From Selaginella moellendorffii (taxonomy: Eukaryota; Plantae; Lycopodiophyta): a DNA stretch of 64,000 bases. This document shows positions 1 to 11,092 of this stretch, piece by piece. Within the stretch, counting starts at the first letter, position 1. Every line of letters begins with the position of its first letter. The stretch lies in the NCBI RefSeq assembly GCF_000143415.4, contig NW_003314399.1, positions 81,428-145,427 of the forward strand, in the 5' to 3' direction. A program made the position numbers and the translations under genes. The notes under the pieces are model-generated. The model was not told the origin of the DNA, made no database searches, and saw only the letters and a program-made list of their open reading frames with translations.

Positions 1-1047
1 AAGAGGGTGCCGCCCGTGCGCCTCCACGACGGCAGCTCACGCTTGCTGAACCATCTCATATTGGCCTGAGCTTGATGTTTGGAAACACACTTCCTTTCCC
101 GCAATTTGTTAGCGTCCAACACATTAGTGTTCCTCGCCTAACTTTGTCACTTGGATTCCTTCCAAGGGATTCCACGACCCTATCTTGGCCACTGATCTTT
201 TGCTCCTATCCGTTGATTGTTGCACCAAGCAACATCGAATCTCTACCTCCCTCCTTGAGGTATTCTTTTGATTCCATAGCAAAGGCTCTGCTTTGCAAAG
301 ACTAGGGTGTTCACCCCTAGTAAATCTCTTTTAGCATCTTTTGCTGTGGGCTCTATCCACGGCCCAACTTTGTGACTCTCCCATGGGTCTCTTTAGAGAC
401 TACTTTCCTTGGACACACTATGCCATTGCAATGACATAGCTCATTTCCCTAAGGTGCTTTTCCCACTTGGTCACCTTGACCAAGCCACACCATCATCAAT
501 AGTTCAAATCCACACTTTGAACTAGGAACCTTATTCCTTAACCCAAACAAGGACCTTGTCCTTATTGAGCCACAAGATCACCTAGTGATCTCACCTCGGC
601 ACCTTAACAGGTTTGCCAATAGGTACTAGGTCTTCCAGACCTTTAACTTGTTAACTACGACCCCGGGGGCATCCCCCACACTTGGCGGTGCGCCCAAGCC
701 AGCCCTTCTAGCCAAGGGTCCATAGCAACTGAGATTAGGTGTCCCCATCTCACTCACCACGTCCTTGGTGCCACTTGCACCAAAGCGTTCAAGTTAGATA
801 TGCCGAGCTTTCACACTAAGAAATCTAACCGTGCATCACAACTCCGAGGCATCCCTCGCTTGGCGGTGTGCCCAAACCAGTCTCCCCACTGAGAGTCCAT
901 GACCACCGAAATATGAGTGTCCTCATATTCCAAACCATCACCACGCCCTAGTCAATTGGGACTCGAACCCAAGCACTAGAGGGTCGGGACTCGAACCCAA
1001 CCTCCGTATATGCATCTACAGACAGCATCACACAAGATGCCTGGCGT

Positions 1048-1434
1048 TGTCAAGACCCCCAACAAGATCAAGACTGGAAAATGCTAAAGACAAAGAGAAA
1101 AAGCTAGTGAAAACAAAGAAGAGGCCTTAGACTGGTGTTGATTCAGATTGTGGAGAAATGGAACAAGGCTAACCTATATATACTATAGGTTGATGAAGCT
1201 CCACCACTCTTGGATCGAGGACGGCCTAAATACAGCTGAGGTCGAGGAGGCGCCACATCATCATCAGGAATGTGGCTCGAGACTCAGGAATCGGGAAGTG
1301 TCTCGAGAGTCAGGAATAGGGAAGTGTCTCGAGAGTCAGGAATAGGGAAGTGTCTCGAGAGTCAGGAATGTGGTCTGCAGGTCAGGAATCCGGCGAGAGT
1401 CAGGAATGTGGCAAGAATTGGGGGATTCCTGACA
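1048..1434 (-). repeat. 3' LTR of chromovirus
   Basis: TGTCAAGA...CCTGACA on + strand; direct repeat of 7172-7558; PPT adjacent at 1435-1447. Confidence 0.95.
1277..1370. repeat. 26-bp tandem repeat (CTCGAGAGTCAGGAATAGGGAAGTGT x~3.5) in LTR U3
   Basis: Seen directly; repeated in the other LTR at ~7400-7495. Confidence 0.85.
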
Positions 1435-1447
1435 GCACCCCCTCCTC
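1435..1447 (-). other. Polypurine tract
   Basis: Minus strand GAGGAGGGGGTGC immediately before the 3' LTR. Confidence 0.8.
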
Positions 1448-4400
1448 AAGAACGAGTGGAACGAGGATGTGAACGAGAACGAAGAGGAGGATGAGATGAG
1501 CGGCGAGGGATGGGAGATGGAGAAAAAGAATGAGGACTGGGACGAGAAGGATAGCGGCGGTGGAAGTCCTGAACAAGGTCAGGAGAATGAATCAGGTTGT
1601 CCGCAGGTTCCCAAGTGCGTTCCTCAGGTCCGTAACCCTTCCAGTCCACCAGATAGTAGAGTTTAGATCGTGAAATCTTGGAATCAAGGATGTCCTGAAC
1701 CTCGTACTCAGACCCATCCTCGAGCTGCACTGGTGGAGGCGGAGGAATGACCCGATTTGGAATAGGACTGGGAATATAAGGCTCAAGGAGAGAGGAGTGA
1801 AAAACGGGGTGAATTTGATATGAGGAGGGAAGTGCAAGGCGATAAGTGACAGGATTAATGATGGCAGTGATAGGGAAAGGACCAAGGCGTTTGAAATCGA
1901 GTTTTGGACAGGGCCTGGTGGTGGAGATATTTCGCCTGAGGAGCCAGACTTTATCCCCGATATTTTAAGGGGGACAATCCTGACGATGGACATTGGCAAA
2001 TGTTTTATGAGATTCCTGAGCACAATGGAGGTGGAAGGAGATGGAGTTGTGGATTTCCTGGAGGTTGGAGACAAATGCCTCAGAGCGGGGATTTGAACGA
2101 GAGGATTCAGATGGAGAAGGAAGTGAGAGATTGAATCGGGGATTTCGGCCAGAGTTCGCAAAGAAGGGGGAAACTCGAAGAGAGGAGTGAACAGAGTTGT
2201 TATAGGAAAACTCAGCAAGGGGAAGGATATCGAACCAGTTATCCTGATGATAGTTGATGAAGCACCTCAAGAATTGTTCCAACGTCTGAATCGTTCACTC
2301 GGACTGCCCATCAGTTTGAGGATGATATGCCGAAGAGAGGTTGGCCTTCACTCCAAGCAGCTGCAAAAACCGTTGCCAGAAATGAGAGATGAACTGAGGC
2401 CCCCGATCTGAAACCACATCTGTAGGAATCCCATGAAGTCGGAAAATTTCCCTGAATACCAGTTTTGCCATGTCCTCGCCCGAAAACTCCTTGGTACATG
2501 GCAAGAAGTGCGCCATCTTTGTGAAGCGATCCACCACGACTAAAATGCTGTTGAAGCCTCCAGAACTCGGAAGATCACTCAAGAAATCCATGGAGATGGA
2601 TTCCCAAGGACTTGAAGGGACCGAAAGGGAACAAAGCAAACCTGAAGGAAGGTGGCGAGGTACCTTATTTCGGGCACAAGTGTCACAGGAGGTAACAAAA
2701 GCTTTGATGTAGTCGTCTATGTGAGGCCACCAAAAGTCCCGTGCAACTAGCTTATAGGTTTTCGCAATGCCGAAGTGACCAGCAGTCGGGCTATCGTGGC
2801 ATGCCATCAGGACCAACCTTCGAGCATCACCTTCAGGAACGTAAAGCTGCTCCCCACGGTACAATAAGCCATCTAAGAACTCGAACTCGTCAAATCGCCG
2901 GCAGTCGGGAGTCACTGGGTGTCCAGCCTGAAGATGGGGAAAAATGTCGCTAGCGAGATCATCGGATTGAAGATCGTTTCTGATTGCATCCATCAAGGAG
3001 GAGTCCTGAGGGGCCAGGGAAATTGCCATAACTTGAAGCCGATCAGGACTGAGGATAACTTGATCCTGTTGATCGAAGGCAGGATTACCAAGCCTGAGAC
3101 TGAGATAGGAGCGCCTTGAAAGAGCATCAGGAAGGCCTTGAAACTTTCCAGGTCTGTACTTGATAACAAAGTCAAACCGACTCAGGAATTGTGCCCACCT
3201 TGCTTGACGACGGCTTAAAACTCGGGAAGTGGCAAAGTACTTGAGATTTTTGTGATCCGTCCAGACTGTTGTTTGATGGCTCGCCCCCTCCAAGAAACGG
3301 CGCCACTCTCCAAAGGAATCCACGATGGCAAGAAGCTCCTTGTCATGGATTTCGTAATTGATCTCTGCAGGCTGGAATTTCCGAGAATGGAAAGCGACCG
3401 GATGAAGTTCGTGATCCGCTCCGAGTTGAGATAGCACAGCACCAATGGCAAAGTCGGAGGCGTCAGCCTCGATGAAGAAAGGTTGTGAGGAATTAGCATG
3501 GATCAAGACAGGAGCAGAACTGAAGGCCGCCTTGAGTGTGTCGAAAGCCTGCTGGGCAGTAGCAGACCAAGAGAAGGGAACATCCTTGCGAGTGAGATGT
3601 GTGAGAGGAAGGACAATGTCAGAGTAGTGATCAATGAATTTGCGGTAGAAGTTGGCGAAGCCAAGGAAAACCTGAACGTCTGACATTGATTGTGGAGGCT
3701 CCCATTCGAGAATAGTCTTGACTTTAGCAGGATCCATCGTGATACCCTCAGGAGTGACAATGTACCCAAGGAACTCCACAGACTGCTGATCAAAGGAACA
3801 TTTCTCAAGCTTCGCGTATAGGCCGTGTTCTCGCAGCTTCGCTAGCACCTTGCGAACATGTTCGTCATGCTCCTCCTGAGTTTTTGAGTAGATGAGGATG
3901 TCATCGAGGTAGACGATCACCATCTGATCAAGAAACTCCCGAAAAACGTCGTTCGCCATGTGTTGGAAAACCGCTGGAGCATTTGTCAAGCCAAATGGCA
4001 TGACAGTGTACTCGAAGTGGCCATAGCGGGTTCGGAACGCAGTCTTCCATTCATCACCAGGCCGGATCCGGATCAGGTTGTATGCTCCACGGAGGTCAAT
4101 CTTGGTGAAGAAGCGGGCACCGCCGAGGCGTTCCAACAAGTCCGAGATCAGGGGCAGCGGATAACGGTTCCGAACAGTCACCTTGTTCAAACCTCGGTAG
4201 TCGATGACTAACCGCAAGCTCCCATCCTTCTTCTTGACAAAGAAGACAGGCGCTCCAGCCGGGGACTGCGAATGCTGAATGTAGCCCGAGGCAAGGTTCT
4301 CATCCACGTACTCTTTGAGGGCCTTAAGCTCGGACGGAGATAACCCGTAGATAGGCCCCCACGGAGGTGACGCTCCTTCCTGTAAATCAATGGGACAATC

Positions 4401-4570
4401 ATAAGGCCAATGAACAGGCAGTACACTAGCTTTTTTCTTGTCAAACACATCCCCAAAATCATGATACTTCTCAGGAAGACTGATAGGAGAAACATGCAAA
4501 GCAAAAAGAAAAAGAGGTTCTTCATGAAGGAGTTCTTTCATAGTGATTGTGGAGATAGGAGAAGGGGTAC
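1446..4570 (-). pseudogene. pol: pol: RT, RNase H, integrase, chromodomain, with two in-frame stops (2295-2297, 1965-1967)
   Basis: KIDLRGAYNL, MPFGLTNAP and YLDD (RT); DASDFAIGAVL (RNase H); HDSPTAGH..C..C and SDRGPQF (IN); EYEVQDILD..YLVDWKGY..TWEP (chromodomain). ORFs 2295-4664, 1965-2282 and 1446-1730 share one frame. Confidence 0.93.
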
Positions 4571-4651
4571 GACTAAATGGAATGACGAGACGAGATACTG
4601 TCCAGTGTAAGATGGAAGAGAGGAAAAAGAAGAGGATGAAACTTCGTAGAG

Positions 4652-5362
4652 GAGGGTACTCCACCGACTAGAGCAGCGTGGAGCTTGGGCTTAGACCCAA
4701 GCCGGACGCAGAACAAGGAGCGACACAGCCCAGCGGGAGCCAAACTAATGTCTCAGGTGGTCGGACATGCATTCCAACCACTATCCCTACTATACATTTG
4801 GAACCCCCCACAGCCCCCCCCCCCCTTGAGGGACACACGCTTTGGGCTTTCACCCCAAGCCTCCCTTAGTACCAGGAGTTAGTCTCTGGGACAAGTCCGA
4901 AACTTACTAAATATGGAATGTCCTTAGATTGCGAATTTGGACATGGGATGAACACCATTGTGTTCAGGCCGATCTCTACATTCCGTAGATATGCCAAATG
5001 AGCTAATCTAGACACTTTCCATAAATAGCATTTGGGACCAAAATGAGACCAACACAAAAGGCGTGATAGCGAGGGTGTTTGGCAAACACGGTAAGCTATC
5101 ATCTAGTGAATATTGAGGGACTAGTCTCAATATCACGGGGGTTCTTGATACTAGCAAGTGCAAGCCAATGATACGAGTTTCTCAAACCAGGCCGAGTATG
5201 CTCAGCAAGAAACACATAGGGTTCCTACCTTATGTTTATCCAATTTAAGTGCACGGTCATTGACCAGTTTCTCAACTAGCTCAAGTGGGAACGATAAAAG
5301 GAACCAACTGTACCGACCTCCTGCCGTCATGGCAGTAAGGAAAGAGTGTCCGTAAGGACTAG
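4652..5362 (-). mobile_element. Fragment of family Y LTR next to an assembly gap (possible mis-join)
   Basis: Reverse complement matches ~24046-24730. Flanked by an ~80-bp duplicate of pol sequence (4571-4651 vs 5482-5564) across an N-run. Confidence 0.7.
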
Positions 5363-5481
5363 NNNNNNNNNNNNNNNNNNNNNNNNNNNNNNNNNNNNNN
5401 NNNNNNNNNNNNNNNNNNNNNNNNNNNNNNNNNNNNNNNNNNNNNNNNNNNNNNNNNNNNNNNNNNNNNNNNNNNNNNNNN
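5363..5481. other. Assembly gap
   Basis: Run of N. Confidence 1.
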
Positions 5482-6130
5482 GACTAAATGGAATGACGAG
5501 ACGAGGATACTGTCCAGTGTAAGATGGAAGAGAGGAAAAAGAAGAGGATGAAAACTTCGTAGAGTCAGGAACAGAACCCCGACTTGAGTTTAGGGAACAT
5601 TTCCTGATTCGGACTCGATGAACACCAGGGGAAGCCGTGGGAGATGGTGATGTGGGAGAGATGAGCTGTAAGTCCTTCCAACAAATCTGAGGCTGATGTA
5701 GTTGGAACCAAGGAAGACCGAGCACCACAGAGGAAGACTTGCTGTTGATGATGTTGAAGGCGATATCGGTGATGGTGAACCCGATGTGTACTCGAACGGG
5801 CAACGTTTCCCTAAGTCCAGAAGATGGAGACACAAAATGCCCGCTGATGCCTTCAACCCTCAGATCCCGTATGGTAGGAGAAAGAGGAACGTGATGTCGG
5901 GCAGCAAAGTCCGTGTCCATGAAGCAGGAAGTTGCACCCGAGTCCAGTAGCGCCAAAGCCTTGAGTCCTGATTGTCCGGTGAAAGAAAGGAGACATGGGA
6001 CGCGGAAGTTGCGGGAATTGGTGGTGGCTTTGATGAAAGGTGGTGAGGAGCTTGATAAGGAAGAAAAGTGATTTTTATTTGGGGAGTCCAAACAGACAGC
6101 TCCTACTCTGTTTGGACAGGGTCGTTTCCC
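5482..6130 (-). CDS. Aspartic protease region of pol (-1 frame relative to gag)
   Basis: ALLDSGATSCF and VVLGLPWF motifs of retropepsin. Confidence 0.85.
6086..6130 (-). promoter_or_regulatory. -1 programmed ribosomal frameshift signal
   Basis: Slippery heptamer G GGA AAC (6130-6124), 6-nt spacer, then a perfect 11-bp stem (6086-6096/6107-6117) with a 10-nt loop. Confidence 0.85.
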
Positions 6131-7080
6131 GACTGCAACAGTGGTGGACTTTGAGGCAGAGTGAACTCGAGCAATCGGGGAGGCTTCCTGGGACACACAG
6201 CTGCTTTGTGATTAGGATCAGCACAGTAGAGGCAAAGATTATGAGATATTCGACGTTGCCTCTCAGCAGGACTCAACTTCCCTCTAATGAGTCGGGGAGT
6301 ACCAGAAATATCCATCGGGACCGGAGCAGTAGGTTCAGGACTATGCCCCGAAGACTCAAGCTGGGATTCCTGAGTCTGGGACGGAAAAACAGCGGCGCGG
6401 CGACTTTCCTGACGACGTTCAAAGAGACGATTGTCACATCGAACAGCTTTGTTGATGGCGTCCGACAGGTCCTTGGGATCCTCCATGGTGAGCAACAAAT
6501 CCTTGACACCGTTGTTGAGGCCGAAACGAAATTGGTCAATCAGGGCCCGCTCATCCCACTGAGTGTCCAAGGCAAGGAGTTGGAACTCTGCAGCGTAGAT
6601 CGAGGCAGGACGAGACCCCTGAGAGAGACGTCTCATCTTTGTGGTAGCAGCCCGAACCCGATCCATCTCGCCAAAACATGCTTCGAGCTTCTCTTTGAAC
6701 AATTGAAGATCCATCAGCTCCGGAACCACGACCCCTTTCATGCTCTTCTCCAGAAGAGGAGAAAACCATGACAAAGCTGCACCCTCGAGCAACGTCCCAA
6801 TCGCGCCGATTTGAGACTCGGGAGTGGGGTACCGCCGATGTTGAAGTGCAAAGATCAGCTCCATTTGATTCAAAAATCCACGAAGCTCCAAACGTTTGCC
6901 TGAAAATTTCGCCGGGAAACTCACCTTCGGTTCAGGAACTTTGCTGGATCCTTGAGCCGAAAGTGAAGCAAGCTCCTGCTGCATGCGAAGAAGGGTCGCC
7001 TTCAGCTCGGTATTCTCAGACTGGATTTTTGCAAGGACTTCGGCAAAGAAATCAGGATGGCTTGGAGACTCCATTGGCAA
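6103..7080 (-). CDS. gag: Gag (sushi/PEG10-like capsid plus CCHC zinc knuckle)
   Basis: PEPKVSFPAKFSG, QFRFGL, PMDI and CLYCADPNHKAAVC; 325 aa, intact. Confidence 0.92.
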   Translation of the reverse strand: MPMESPSHPDFFAEVLAKIQSENTELKATLLRMQQELASLSAQGSSKVPEPKVSFPAKFSGKRLELRGFLNQMELIFALQHRRYPTPESQIGAIGTLLEGAALSWFSPLLEKSMKGVVVPELMDLQLFKEKLEACFGEMDRVRAATTKMRRLSQGSRPASIYAAEFQLLALDTQWDERALIDQFRFGLNNGVKDLLLTMEDPKDLSDAINKAVRCDNRLFERRQESRRAAVFPSQTQESQLESSGHSPEPTAPVPMDISGTPRLIRGKLSPAERQRRISHNLCLYCADPNHKAAVCPRKPPRLLEFTLPQSPPLLQSGNDPVQTE

Positions 7081-7154
7081 GAAGAAAGAAAAGAAAGGGG
7101 GGAAAAGATAAAGGCAATCAAATAATCAAAACAAGCTAAAAGAAAAGCAAAAAA

Positions 7155-7169
7155 CACAATCTGAATCAA
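7155..7169 (-). promoter_or_regulatory. Self-priming PBS complementary to the element's own predicted 5' end (7262-7276)
   Basis: 15-nt perfect inverted repeat; no TGG tRNA-CCA complement; TATATATA lies 30 nt upstream of the partner sequence. Confidence 0.8.
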
Positions 7170-7171
7170 AC

Positions 7172-7558
7172 TGTCAAGACCCCCAACAAGATCAAGACTG
7201 GAAAATGCTAAAGACAAAGAGAAAAAGCTAGTGAAAACAAAAAAGAGGCCTTAGACTGGTGTTGATTCAGATTGTGGAGAAATGGAACAAGGCTAACATA
7301 TATATACTATAGGTTGATGAAGCTCCACCACTCTTGGATCGAGGACGGCCTAAATACAGCTGAGGTCGAGGAGGCGCCACATCATCATCAGGAATGTGGC
7401 TCGAGACTCAGGAATCGGGAAGTGTCTCGAGAGTCAAGAATAGGGAAGTGTCTCGAGAGTCAGGAATAGGGAAGTGTCTCGAGAGTCAGGAATGTGGTCT
7501 GCAAGTCAGGAATCCGGCGAGAGTCAGGAATGTGGCAAGAATTGGGGGATTCCTGACA
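7172..7558 (-). repeat. 5' LTR of chromovirus
   Basis: Direct repeat of 1048-1434; TATA box at 7299-7306 (minus). Confidence 0.95.
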
Positions 7559-10048
7559 GGCGTGACTCCCCACGCCGGTGCACCAACTTATACTCAAAGC
7601 GCGCTATGGATCACAGCTTAGGAACCTAGTTCCTCCCCACTGCCAAGTCTTCTCACTTGACAAGCCTGTGATCATGCATGGACTCCTCCATGCTTGGCCC
7701 CATGGCCCACCCTTTTTGAAGTTATCACCTTCAACTAGGGTATTTGTTCCCTTGACTTGCCAATCTCGCTTTGGCAAGTCCTCCGACCACTATAGCATGG
7801 TTCCTGCACAAGCGTGAAAGCCCTTGATCATCAACTTTTGTTCAAAGCCTTTTCTTTGAACACTCGGGAACTACTTCCCTAACCTTGATAGCCTTGCCTC
7901 ATGGCAAGCTTCAAGACCACACTTCTGCTGCGCCACTCTGATTTCGTGCGTTCCTTGAACCATTTATGCTTGGCCTCTCTAGGTACTAAGCTACCTAGAA
8001 TCCTCTTTGGGAACCTTGAAGGAACTCTGTCCCTTAGCTTGCTAAGGCCCCCCCTTTTTGCAAGCTTTCCAATTACCATATAGTCTAACATGGACAATTC
8101 CATATTTTAGACTCTCCATGGCATCACGGTTGCTAGCGGCAACACCCTCGAGCCCCTACTTGATTCTCCACTCCCAGCTGGTATAACCAACCTTGGTTAT
8201 GCCCTTCGATTCCTATGGTTCGGTTCTATCCCCTTACTTCTTGCTTTTGGCTTCACACCTTTCCTTCGGTCATTCTCCTCCAGACCAAGAGGATAGCTTT
8301 GCACTTTCTATCATGCCTTAGCAAGTATTCTTAGGGATGAACCTACCCAATAGCCCAAGGAGTGGTTCCTCAATCCGGGTATGCTCACCTTATAATCCCA
8401 CACACTGGGATTACATTGTTGCTTATGGGCCTTTACATGCCCATCACTAGCTTTGCCAAAATTCCATTTTTGGCTTTGTCCAACTCGGGTAAACAGTCCT
8501 CTCCTGTCTCCACAACCTTGGACATTTGGATAGCACCTTCTATCCATCATTCGCTAGGGACTTAGTCCCTTGAGCTTTATCCATTGCCCTCGTGACATCA
8601 AACACCACCTTCTGGTGTTCTAGAGTGTTCGGGTGTCCCAATGATGGCTTTCTCGACAATGAGTATTTCCTTTTATGATATTGACTTACTATATCGCAAC
8701 ACAAGCAACTTATCCCCCGTAAGGGTATATCCAACTTCCTTATGCTATTAAGAAGTCTTGGGTAGCTATCTTCTACCCGTTTAACCAGTTATTTTGAACC
8801 TCTTGCTTAGTTGCCTCATAGTTGTCAAGTCCTACAACTCATTGCTTGGTGCTTTCACACCTCCATCATTATCTGGGTCACCACACTCCAACTGCATGCT
8901 CTGCAGCTTAGGCTATGCCATTCCCATTTCCATTGGGATTCCTTTGGCAAGGGGTTCTCATGAACCCACCAACATAGCCTCAAGGTATCACACCTTGGCA
9001 CATTTGGTGTCTCCACACCATCGGCTCCACGAGCCTACCTCTATGACACTTCCCCTTCGTGTCTAAGTCTTTGCCAAGACCAACACCGCTCTTTCTCATG
9101 CCAACCATCCGTTAGCACTGCACCATAGAGGTCACACACAACTTTGTGTCAAAGTTGTTTTCTTCTAGGGACACCTTTCCCATAACTTTAGCATGGCACA
9201 TTTTGCCATCAATGAGATACCCTCTGTTCTCATCCTTGGATCCTATCATCCCCCCCCATCCTTTGTGGGGTGCAACACACCTTAGTCCAAATGCTTCCAT
9301 CAGTCCTTTTTGGACCATCCCTTGACTCTACTTGAGTTATCTAGCAGTTTTGGACTTGGTTAATCCACAGACCCGTAAGGTCCTACTTGTGAGGCACTAG
9401 CTCACTAGAATACACTTCTTGCATTCCTGTCCTACTCAAAAGGACTATTTTCACAAGTGTTACTCTGACACTTGATTTTGTTCTCTAGGGGCAACCTTTG
9501 CCCCTTAAGACTACTTGTCCATGTGATGAGAATACCACTCATCTCTAAGTACACCCCCCAACTCCTTGGGTTGTTCCAGCATTTATTAAAGGTAGCCCCG
9601 GCTACCATTTCAAGGACTTGAGTCCTCTTCCGTATTTGACCTCCCACGGTCATTACTTCTGGTCTCATATTCATGAGCACCAACCTCAACTATATGAGGA
9701 TAATCTTGTGACTCCTTTATTGCTTTGGAGTCTTTATCTTTCCCGTGATCCCAACTGTAGTTGTTTACCACAACTACATTAGCCAGTTTGCTAAGTCAAA
9801 CACTCATCTGGATCACATCCTCAACTCTCTGAGGAAAACCATATATTATTCCCAAGATCCCAAAGTCGTTCCCTTACTAGCCCCTTTTCTATCCACCACA
9901 TCGTGCCCAAGTTCGTGCATGAACTCGAGTGGAGAGCCATGTCCTCTCGACGTGCTACTCCTCAAGGATAGGCCCACTCCTAGGACCTTGCGATGCCAAT
10001 ATCAATGGTGATATACTTGAGCACCAATAAAAGTCGGACTAAGGAACA

Positions 10049-10060
10049 GCTCCGATACCA
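10049..10060 (-). promoter_or_regulatory. PBS (tRNA-iMet type) of X1
   Basis: TGGTATCGGAGC 3 nt after the LTR end. Confidence 0.85.
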
Positions 10061-11092
10061 AGTTGTAAGCGACTAATTTTTCCATTCTACTTTAGTCACT
10101 TAACCACACCTCCAACCACTTGGAGGAGTCTCATTCACAACCTCCATAAGTCCAACTCAGGACTTGGGGCTTGTTAGCCCCGAGAATGGCATCCATGCCA
10201 CTCAACCTTAGCACTTGGTCCAAGGGCTCCACGTGTCCGATCCCATGATCGACACCCCAAGGTACCACCGACGTATCGGCCCGTTATGCTAAGGCCATGC
10301 CCAATTACCTTGGTCACACTGGTGGTCCAACACCACCTGCATCCCCATCCCGTCTCTCAACGACTGGGTCATCCATCCATGAGGGATCATCCCAAATCCA
10401 CTCCTTAACATCCTTAGGATGCCTACAGACATGGGGAATAGCCTTCCCCAATATCTCTATTCCGGTCCCCACCAAGTCCCTTTCTGTCCTTGGCTGTGTT
10501 CGCCAACACTGCCATTGGATCAAGGCCCACCGGCCCGACCACTAAGTCCCACTATCCTCTAGGACTTCCTCACTATGTGACTATGTCCTTGGTCACCCCA
10601 CCAGAGGGCTACCCCTCTTCCTTTCCATAGTCTGGGACTTTGGGACACCATTTCGGAACACCGTGGCCCTACGCGGGCCTCATGGGTACTCTCCCCGCCT
10701 TCCGCCTTTAGGTGCTCTAGCCATGGGCTTAGAGCGAGGTTCCGTTGAGCCACGACAGGTATCCAAGTAGGTAGTGCCACCCACACTTGGACTGGGAGCA
10801 TCAGTCAGTCGATCTCCCGGGGGAACTAGTGCCGGCTCTTGAACACTTCACCAAGCTACCCCACTTGTCGGTCCGTGTTCACTCTAGTCTTGGACTTCCC
10901 AGTGGTCAGCTCATCACCCAACACTGGGTCTAGCCTTCCTGGGCCAAACTGGCCTTTCCTGGCCAAACTGGCTCCACTGGGCTCCAACCCCCACACTCTC
11001 CCTACTATACTTTTGGAACCCCCCGCAGCCCCCCCCCCCCCCCCCCTGGGGACGATCGCTTTGGGCTTTCACCCAATTGCCTGTATTAGTAT

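Larger units (their letters stand above)
1048..7558 (-). mobile_element. Ty3/gypsy chromovirus (Tcn1/Tf1-sushi-like), both LTRs present
   Basis: Two 387-bp TG...CA LTRs with ~4 mismatches by eye. 5-bp TSD GGCGT at 1043-1047 and 7559-7563. Domain order gag-PR-RT-RH-IN-chromodomain. Confidence 0.95.

Noticed and set aside
6040-6771. 243-aa ORF antisense to gag
   Set aside because: Non-ATG start, no motifs; shadow of gag.
11027-11046. G-run plus TG as the true PPT/LTR start of family X
   Set aside because: Two copies end exactly at TGTGAGAC (12070, 23560), two others have a PPT there, and TGTGAG mirrors the CTTACA end. The G-run is internal to the LTR.
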